Positions 39,454-47,500 of a DNA stretch of 64,000 bases are shown here, piece by piece. The notes under the pieces were generated by a model, which saw only the letters and a list, made by a program, of their open reading frames with translations, was not told the origin of the DNA and did no database searches. The stretch is from an uncultured Acidimicrobiaceae bacterium (GTDB taxonomy: Bacteria > Actinomycetota > Acidimicrobiia > Acidimicrobiales > RAAP-2). The DNA is taken from assembly GCA_963767195.1 (NCBI GenBank), contig CAVYDA010000003.1:254276-318275 (forward strand), in the 5' to 3' direction. Both the position numbers and the translations under genes were made by a program. Each line of letters starts with the position of its first letter. Within the stretch, counting starts at the first letter, position 1.

Positions 39454-40545
39454 CTACGGCACCGGCAACCCGAGGCCTTCGAGCACGGCGGCGAGGCGCC
39501 GCGGCAGGTCGGCCACGTCGAAGTGGGCGGCGGCTACCGCGTGGTTGTGCTCCAGCAGCGACGCGTCGGGGGACGAGAGGAACGCGCCGAGAGCGTCGGG
39601 GTCGTCGGCGTCGAACCAGCGAAAGCCGAAGGCCCGCAGCTCCGAACCCACCGGGTACGGCCCTATGGCGAGCGGCCGCCGGTGCGTCGCGGACTCCACC
39701 GAGGGGTTGCCGAAGCCCTCCCACGTCGACGGGAGCACCACCGCGTCGCAGGCGGCGTAGGCGTCGGCCATACGCGCCTGCCCGCCCGCGTTCGCCTGCC
39801 CGGCCCGGTCCGTCTGTCCGCCCGCGTTCTGCCGCCCGGCGACAGGCCCGCGTCGCACCGGGCAACGCGCTTCGCCCACCAGCCGTTCGAGCTCGGGCCC
39901 GTAGCCGTCCTCGGCGGGACCGAGCAGCCAGTAGGTGGCGCCGACCGCCTCCGCCAGCGCGAGACCCCCGGCGACGTTCTTGCGCGGCAGGGCACGGGTC
40001 GGCTGCAAGAGGAGCAGGCGGTCGGCCGCCACGCCCAGGGCGGCGCGGGTGCCGGCGCGGTCGCCCCCGGGAGGGGACGGGTCGAAGGTGTTGTAGACGG
40101 TCGTCGCCCGGATGCCGCGCTCGGCCAATTGTTCGCGGCTCAGCTCGTTGATGGTGACGTGGGCCCACGACGGGTCGTCGGGCGGCGGCTCGAGGTGGGC
40201 GAGGTGCGGGCGCTGCCACGGCAGGTCGTGGTGGTGGAGGAGTGCGGGCCGGCCGGCGCACGCCGCGGCGGTGACCGCGGCCGCCGGCGGGTTGAGGGGA
40301 AGCGAGCAGAGGTTCTCCACGACGACGAGGTCGGCCGGGGCCAGGGCGTCGCGCACTTCGCCGGCGGTCGGGGCTTCGGGCGCGTCCATGGCCAGGCCGG
40401 GCAGCACCACGTCGACGGGTCCCGAGCCCGCCACCGTGGTGACCCGCCAGCCCAGGGCACCGAGCGCATCGGCCCACTTCGCGGCCTCGACCGAGACCCC
40501 GTCGCCGCCGCCCAGGCGGAAGGAGACGAGGCAGGCCGTAGGCAC
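39454..40545 (-). CDS. GT-B glycosyltransferase (family 4-like)
   Basis: ACDAVVLPSTWEGFGNPSVES (E-x7-E region) and an N-terminal Rossmann-like half. It contains a Gly/Gln/Ala-rich insert encoded by an imperfect 36-nt duplication at 39788-39859. Confidence 0.8.
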   Translation of the reverse strand: MPTACLVSFRLGGGDGVSVEAAKWADALGALGWRVTTVAGSGPVDVVLPGLAMDAPEAPTAGEVRDALAPADLVVVENLCSLPLNPPAAAVTAAACAGRPALLHHHDLPWQRPHLAHLEPPPDDPSWAHVTINELSREQLAERGIRATTVYNTFDPSPPGGDRAGTRAALGVAADRLLLLQPTRALPRKNVAGGLALAEAVGATYWLLGPAEDGYGPELERLVGEARCPVRRGPVAGRQNAGGQTDRAGQANAGGQARMADAYAACDAVVLPSTWEGFGNPSVESATHRRPLAIGPYPVGSELRAFGFRWFDADDPDALGAFLSSPDASLLEHNHAVAAAHFDVADLPRRLAAVLEGLGLPVP

Positions 40546-40604
40546 GCACGGGACTGTAGGGCCGGCACGGTTCGGGTCCTGCCCTCGGGTAACTTCTTCT
40601 CTCT

Positions 40605-41576
40605 ATGGCCAAGCGGGCACTGATCACCGGCGTCACCGGCCAGGACGGGTCGTACCTGGCCGAGTTCCTCCTGGCGCAGGGGTACACGGTCATCGGCATG
40701 GTCCGGCGCTCGAGCACGCTCAACTTCGAGCGCATCGCGCACATTCAGGACCAGATCGAGCTCGTTTCGGGCGACCTGCTCGACGAGGTCTCCCTCATCA
40801 ACATCCTGCGCGACCACCGACCGACCGAGATCTACAACCTGGCCGCGCAGTCGTTCGTGCAGACGTCGTGGAGCCAGCCCGTGCTCACGGGCGAGACCAC
40901 CGCCATGGGGGTGACGAGGCTGCTCGACGCCATCCGGTTCGTCGACCCGGGGATCCGCTTCTACCAGGCCAGCTCGTCGGAGATGTTCGGCAAGGTGCAG
41001 GAGGTGCCCCAGCACGAGTCGACGCCGCTCTATCCCCGCAGCCCTTACGGCGTGGCCAAGGTCTACGGACACTGGATCACGGTCAATTATCGAGAGAGCT
41101 ACGGCCTGCACGCGACCTCGGGGATCCTGTTCAACCACGAGTCGCCGCGGCGCGGCCTCGAGTTCGTGACGCGGAAGGTGAGCCACGGCGTGGCGCGCAT
41201 CGCGCACAAGCTCGACGACAAGTTGGCGCTCGGCAACCTCGACGCCCAGCGCGACTGGGGCTACGCCGCTGACTACGTGCGCGCCATGTGGCTCATGCTC
41301 CAGCGGGACTCGCCCGACGACTACGTGGTCTCGACGGGGAAGACGCACGAGGTGCGCGAGCTGTGCCGGCTGGCCTTCGAGGTCGTCGGGCTCGACTGGG
41401 AGCAGCACGTCGTCATCGACGACCGCTTCTTACGCCCGGCCGAGGTCGACCTGCTCGTCGGGGATCCGGCCAAGGCCCACAACGTCCTGGGCTGGCGGCC
41501 CGAGGTCGACTTCGCCGACCTGGTGACCATGATGGTCGAGGCCGACATGGACCTCGTCCGCAAAAGCATCTCGTAG
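40605..41576 (+). CDS. gmd: GDP-mannose 4,6-dehydratase
   Basis: [64 protein letters not shown]. Confidence 0.93.
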   Translation: MAKRALITGVTGQDGSYLAEFLLAQGYTVIGMVRRSSTLNFERIAHIQDQIELVSGDLLDEVSLINILRDHRPTEIYNLAAQSFVQTSWSQPVLTGETTAMGVTRLLDAIRFVDPGIRFYQASSSEMFGKVQEVPQHESTPLYPRSPYGVAKVYGHWITVNYRESYGLHATSGILFNHESPRRGLEFVTRKVSHGVARIAHKLDDKLALGNLDAQRDWGYAADYVRAMWLMLQRDSPDDYVVSTGKTHEVRELCRLAFEVVGLDWEQHVVIDDRFLRPAEVDLLVGDPAKAHNVLGWRPEVDFADLVTMMVEADMDLVRKSIS

Positions 41577-42527
41577 GCGGAGGCGGCCGCGCTCGACCCC
41601 ACCGCCGCACTCGGCGCCATCTCCGCCGACCCGGGGGGCGCCCTCGTCGCGTTCGGCGCGGGGATCCTGTCCTTTGTTTCGCCGTGCGTGCTTCCCCTCG
41701 TGCCGGGCTACGTGTCGATGGTCTCGGGCCTCTCGGCGGCCGAGCTGTCGGCCGCGGGATCGTCCGAAGATCGGGCCGACGACGTCGGCGAAGCGGCCCA
41801 GAGCGGGGGAGCGGCAGGGCCGGGGGCGGGAGCAGGGCCGGGGGCGGGAGCAGATGGGGCCGATGGCTTGACCCCGTCGGCCGCCCTGCGGCCCGTGCTG
41901 CGCGGCATCGGCCTCTTCGTGGCCGGGTTCACCGTGGTCTTCGTGGGGCTCGGCGCGACCGCGTCGGGCATCGGCAGCCTCCTGCACGGGCACCGCTTCG
42001 TCCTCTCCCAGGTCAGCGGGGCGCTCATCGTCGCGCTCGGCGCCGTCATGGTGTTGGGCGCCTTGCCGTCGAGGGTCTGGACCCATGCCGGGTCGGGCAC
42101 GCTCGGCGTCGTCACGCGGGTGACCGGCGAGCACCGCTTCGACGTGCGCCCGTCGCGCCTCGGCTCCTGGGCCGCCCCCGTGATGGGCATGGCCTTCGCT
42201 TTTGCCTGGACGCCGTGCATCGGCCCGGTGCTCGGGGCGGTGCTGGGCCTGGCCAGCCGGAACGGGACGCTCGCCGGCGGCGCCTTCCTCCTTCTGGCCT
42301 ACTCCCTCGGCCTCGCCGTGCCGTTCGTGCTGGTCGGCCTCGCCTTCGGCCGCTTCACCGCCGTGCTGGCCCGGACGAGGCACTGGCTCTGGGCGGTCGA
42401 GCTCACCGCAGGCGTGATCCTGGTCGTCTTCGGCGTGATGTTGTTGACGGACAACGTGGGCTGGTTCTCGAACCACATCTCGGACCTGCTGAACAACACC
42501 GGGCTCGGACGGCTCTCGAAGAGCTGA
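41577..42527 (+). CDS. ccdA: cytochrome c biogenesis thiol-disulfide transporter CcdA (start codon unresolved)
   Basis: ILSFVSPCVLPLVPGY (first conserved Cys), FAWTPCIGPVLG (second Cys) and six helices. The frame is open from the gmd TAG. The first canonical start, GTG 41688, would delete the SPC cysteine. Confidence 0.8.
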   Translation, partial: AEAAALDPTAALGAISADPGGALVAFGAGILSFVSPCVLPLVPGYVSMVSGLSAAELSAAGSSEDRADDVGEAAQSGGAAGPGAGAGPGAGADGADGLTPSAALRPVLRGIGLFVAGFTVVFVGLGATASGIGSLLHGHRFVLSQVSGALIVALGAVMVLGALPSRVWTHAGSGTLGVVTRVTGEHRFDVRPSRLGSWAAPVMGMAFAFAWTPCIGPVLGAVLGLASRNGTLAGGAFLLLAYSLGLAVPFVLVGLAFGRFTAVLARTRHWLWAVELTAGVILVVFGVMLLTDNVGWFSNHISDLLNNTGLGRLSKS

Positions 42528-42600
42528 CCGGCGGACCGGGACCTACGCCGACCGACGGGACAGCGCCTGCGGTCGGGCGGCGACCGGGAGGCGGAAAATT

Positions 42601-42627
42601 CTGGCACTCTCGGTATGAGAGTGCCAG
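42601..42627. promoter_or_regulatory. CIRCE-like inverted repeat (HrcA operator type)
   Basis: CTGGCACTC-N9-GAGTGCCAG compares with the CIRCE consensus TTAGCACTC-N9-GAGTGCTAA. The GCACTC-N9-GAGTGC core is perfect. It lies 104 nt upstream of the hsp20 ATG. Confidence 0.6.
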
Positions 42628-42730
42628 ATTTCCTGGTGACACCTCTAAAATGGCTCGATTAGCGAAATGATGCGCACACGGCGCACAGAGAGACGGTGCG
42701 CACCCCGCGCACAGAGGAGGTGATGGGTCA

Positions 42731-43171
42731 ATGGCCCTCGTACGCACTGACCCGTTCAGGGATGTCGACCGGTGGTTCCAGCAGCTCTGGGCCGTCCAGC
42801 CGACCGGGCCGCGGTCCATGGCAATGCCCATGGACGCCTACCGCCAGGAGGACTCCTTCCTGCTGCGGCTGGACCTGCCCGGCGTCAAGCCCGATTCGGT
42901 GGAACTGACGGTCGAGGACAGCGTCCTCACCATTTCGGCCGAGCGCCCGGCTCCGCCCGAGGCCGAGGGCGTCAAGTCGGTGATCGCTGAGCGGCGGCAC
43001 GGCAACTTCAGCCGTCGGGTCGTTCTCGGCAAGCAGCTGGACTCGGAGAACATCGAGGCCAACTACGAGGACGGTGTCCTCACGGTCGTGATCCCGGTGG
43101 CCGACAAGGCCAAGCCACACCGGATTGAGGTGACGACCCGGCAGGAGCAGCGGGAGATTCCCGCCGCCTGA
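42731..43171 (+). CDS. Hsp20/alpha-crystallin small heat-shock protein
   Basis: MALVRTDPFRDVDRWF, FLLRLDLPGVKPDSVELTVEDSVLTISAER, RRHGNFSRRVVLG, GVLTVVIP. Confidence 0.92.
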   Translation: MALVRTDPFRDVDRWFQQLWAVQPTGPRSMAMPMDAYRQEDSFLLRLDLPGVKPDSVELTVEDSVLTISAERPAPPEAEGVKSVIAERRHGNFSRRVVLGKQLDSENIEANYEDGVLTVVIPVADKAKPHRIEVTTRQEQREIPAA

Positions 43172-43299
43172 CTCCAGCGCCTGCGCCCCCGGGCCGCGTC
43201 CACCCGGGCGCGGGTCCCCGGGGCCGCAGGCCGGCTGAATGGCTGACGCGCTCGTGCTCGCCATCACTTACGAGCTCGCTCGCCCGCTCGCGCTCACGA

Positions 43300-44185
43300 T
43301 CACGAGTGCCCTGAGCCCCGCGACGAACCCTCCGCCAGGACCTCGCAGAGAGTGGCCGCGAAGGTGTGTACGTCCCCGGGCCAGCGCGCCGACACGTAGG
43401 ACCCGTCGCGTACCACCCAGGCCGGGCGGCTGTCAGTGGGCGTGTCGCGTGCACGGCCACTCGTCTTGCGCCGGTAACCGGGCGTGCCCTTCGGGACATC
43501 CACGAAATCCTCCGGCTGGGCCAGAGCCCGGCTGACTTCCTGCTGTACGGACATGAACCCGGCCCGTTGCCCGGGCTCCTCCGTGTAGGTGCGGTAGTAG
43601 TCCGGCTCCCAGAAGCGTGACCACCGGGCGATGTCCCACGCCCTGCGCTCGAGCTCCCACGTGAGGGCGGTGGTGCGCCGGCCGAAGAGCACCGAGCGGC
43701 CGGTGGCCGGGTCCACCGCTCGTGCCGCGACGAGGACGCCGTGGCAGACGGCGCCGACGGGCTTGCGCGCCGCCGAACGCATCGAGCGCCATCCGCTGTA
43801 CCTCCACGCTCTCGAGGTAGTCGCGCATGCCCCGGGCCCGGTGACCTCCGGGGAGTACGAGGGCGTCGTAGTCGGACCGGCGCGCCTCGGCCCAGTGGAG
43901 GGGCGAGCGGAACGCAGCATCTTCGACCAGTGCGTGGTAGGCCGCACGGGCGCGGCGGTCCGCCCGCAGCACGCTCCCGACCACCGTGACGCGGCGCAGG
44001 ATCGGCACCATGCCCCAGGGATCGAGTCCCTGTCCGGTGACCATGACGTCGTCGGCCTCGCCGGGGTGCCCCGACGGTGTGGCGAAGACCACGTCGTGCC
44101 CCGCCCCTGCGAGCACCCGCCAGGTCACGGCGACCTCGGTCGGGTCGAAGTCGCGGGCGGGGATGGGCATCAGCACGACCGCCAT
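43300..44185 (-). CDS. DJ-1/PfpI (type 1 glutamine amidotransferase-like) protein, one apparent frameshift near 43780
   Basis: MAVVLMPIPARDFDPTEVAV...YDALVLPGGH in ORF 43433..44185. The nucleophile elbow PVGAVCHGVLV and the remainder lie in ORF 43300..43947. Confidence 0.8.
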
Positions 44186-44279
44186 GACTGGCGGGCGACA
44201 CTACCGACCCGAGGAGACAGGGGCGGGTCCACCGACTCCGAAAGGATCGGACAGCCCCACGGAGGCATGGTGCCGCGGC

Positions 44280-44325
44280 GATCGCGAGACCCGTGCCGCG
44301 TGGATCGCGACACCCGTGCCGCGGC
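44280..44325. repeat. tandem 23-nt direct repeat in the leader of the surface-protein gene
   Basis: gatcgcgaGacccgtgccgcg (44280-44300) and gatcgcgaCacccgtgccgcg (44303-44323) differ at one position. Confidence 0.8.
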
Positions 44326-44586
44326 CGCGTGAGGGCCGATATGGCGGGCGACGTGGGGGACGCGCCATCGCTTGGCGACGATTGGCTACATTGTTTACCT
44401 GGCGATCGGCCGTTTGGCGGCAGCCGATCGGGGGAAGGTTCGAATCGGGATGATGGTCGGACGTCTGCAGCCCTCGGTGATTCGGGTGCCACTCGCGGCG
44501 TCACACCGGAGGATCGAGCAACAGGGCGGAGTCGGAGTCGGTGCACTCCGAGCTCCGGCCGGCCTACGGGTTACAGAAGGGAACTG

Positions 44587-47500
44587 ATGGTGGGAATTCC
44601 AGCCGGACATCGAGGCGGTGCATCACGTGGCCGCGCCGTGAATCGACAGCGTGGCGGGCGGGTGATCGCGCCGGTCGCCGGGGCGACGCTGCTCTTCTTG
44701 TCGGTCCTCGGGACCTTGGTGGCACCGGCGGTGGCGGCGAGCTCCGCCGCCTCGGTCACCGTCACCATGCAGTCGCCCGCATCCCAGCCTTCGGGCTCCG
44801 CGTTCACGTACTCCGTCGAGGTGGCCTGCGGCCTGAGCGCGGGCGTGCCCTGCGGTCCCGGTTCCACGCTCACGATCCCCCTCGCCGGGTCGACCGAACC
44901 GCCTATGGACACCTGGACCTACTCGGCCACCAGTGCCGTCCCCGGGCTCATCTCCTCGCCACGCCGGAGCGGGGACGCCTTCGCCCGCGTCGCCGGGAGC
45001 GGGGACGCCCAGCCCGCCGGAGCCCTCACGCCACAGCCCGACGCAAATGGTGACGGGGGCCGAGCAGCTGGTCGTGCCCCTGTCCGACGCCGTGTTCGTC
45101 GGAGGCTTCAGCGGATCGGTCACACTGTCGGTGACGCCACCAAACCACTCCACGGCGAACGGCACGACTTGGGCGGTGACGCCGACGCTGACCGGCGGCG
45201 CGCTCGGGAGCATCACCGCCGCGGCTCCTCGGCCAGCGACGGCCACGGCGAGCCTGAAGCCGTCACTGTCCGCGTCCGCCTCCCAGGCGACGGGCTCGGC
45301 GCACACCGTCACCTACCTCCTGACCCCGACCTGCGACCTGAACGAGGCGCTCGGCGACGAGTGGTCGACCTCAGGAACCCTCGTGGACCACCTCCCTGCG
45401 GGGGCCACGTACCGGTCGGCCACCAACGGCGGCGTCTACGACCAGAGCGCCGGCACGGTCACCTGGTCCTTCCCGTCGCCCGCCGGACTACCCTCGAGCT
45501 GTGCCGCCGGTGCGGGTGGCGCCACGACCGACTCGGTAGTCGGTCGGGTTCTCGAGCGGTACCGCCTCGGCGACGGCCGACCAGGCGACGTTGACCGTGG
45601 ACGGCGGGGCAGGAGCGACGTCGACCGCGAGCGTGTCGGCCTCACCCGTGAATCCAGGCGGATCCGGGCGCGCCGCCCACCGGCCCCGCTCCGGGCGCTC
45701 CGCCCTCCGGGGTGTCCCCCGCGGCGCAGGCGGGCCTCATCTCCATCTCCCCGGCGCACCAGGTGCACCTGACCGGGACGGGCCAGACCTACGACATCAA
45801 CGTGTCGTGCCTCGGCGAGGGCGACTCCGAATGCGGTCCGAACGGCACCATCACGATCCCGCTCGATACCACTACGACCCCGCCGATGACCGACCCGAGT
45901 TGGAAATTCAGCGCCAAGTCGAACCCGGCCGGTCTCCTCATCGAGCGGGCCCACCCTGGTCGGAAACAATCTCGTCTTCGAACTGAACGACTCCGTGTTC
46001 AGGAGCGGCTTCAGCGGGAGCATCTTCCTCGTCGCGACGCCGCCCAACGATGTGACACCCAATCACACGTCGTGGTCGCTCAGCCCGACCCTGACGGGCG
46101 AGCAACATCATCCCGGTGACCGTGCCCGTTGCGGCCGCATTCGGTGGCCACGGCGCAACCGCTCCTGTCGCTGGACAAGACCGTCGCCAACGGGGGGAGC
46201 GTCTTCCTCGCCGGCGACGACATCTCCTACGACATCACCGCCGACTGCGATACGGCGGCGCCGGGCAGCCTCTACCTCACCGACGGCAGCCTCGTCGACC
46301 AGCTCCCGCCCGGGATGACGTTCGTCTCGGCCAGTGACGGCGGGGTGTTCGACTCGGTGACCAACACCATCACCTGGACCTTCCCCGATTCGGCGTCGAC
46401 GCCGAAAGGCTGTGCGGCCGATGCCGCCGGCCCCAACCTCTACAAAGTCAAGGTCACCGCACCCACTCCCGCTCCGCCCCCGGTCGACGAGCCCCTGGTG
46501 AACAAGGCCACCTTCTCGGGCACCGGTCCCGATGCCACCGACCCGGCCGGCATCACCGAGACCACCAATGCACAAGCGGCGGTCGAGATCGTGAACACTC
46601 CGCCCACTGGACCCGGCTCGCCGGGATACGCCACCATCGCCAAGACGTCGCTGGCCCCGCTGGCCGAGAACGTGAGCGGCAACCAGTACGTGGGGACCTA
46701 TCCCGGGAACTGGGTGCCGACCTCGTCGTCGCCGACCTATTCGGTCGGCGCGGCCGCCGCCTCGTTCCGGGCCACAGTCCGCTACACGCTGGTCGGCACA
46801 TATGAGACCAAGGTGGTCGATCCGCTCCCTTGCTTGGACAATGCGAACGGCAACCGCTACTCCTCGGAGCCCTTCAACGGCGCGCCCTGCGCCGACCCCG
46901 CCTTCCACCCGAGCGTCATCGAAGTCGCGAGCGCCGGGTTCTCATCGTCCAACGGGCTCGGGGCGGCGATCGCAGGCGGCTTCCGGCCCGAGGCCGTGCT
47001 CAGTGACGGGACCACGGTGTCCCTGTCGCCGAACGGGTCGGTCGGCCCGAACGCCTCGAGCGCCTTCTTCTCCATCCCCCCCGCCGACATCGGCCTGGTG
47101 GCGACCATCGTGCTGCCGCCGAACACGGCGTTGATGAACAGCTCCCTCCAGCTGACCATGTGGGGTTACACCGACGCCTCCCTGGCCGGGCTCAACGACA
47201 GCATCAACCAGCTGTTCAACGTCGCCACCGCGATTCCGATGCTGGACGGGACCGCGTTGACCCCGATTCAGGATCACGCCAGCGTCTTCACGGTTCCGAC
47301 ACCGATCCAGCTCGGCATCTCGAAGTCCTTCGGACCCACAGGGGGCGGGCCGCACGGGACGACGGTGCTCCACATCGAAGGAGGGGTCAGCCTCGCCACG
47401 ATTCCGCTGATCCACAACATCGTGCTCACCGATCTGCTGCCGCCCGGAATGAGCTGGGCCAACCCCAGCGCGTCCGGAAGCTTCACCCTGGTCCAGGGTG

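Noticed and set aside
44430-44450. GGTTCGAATC, a tRNA T-loop-like string upstream of the surface-protein gene.
   Set aside because: The flanking bases (gaagg / gggat) cannot form a T-stem, and no acceptor or anticodon arms can be drawn around it.
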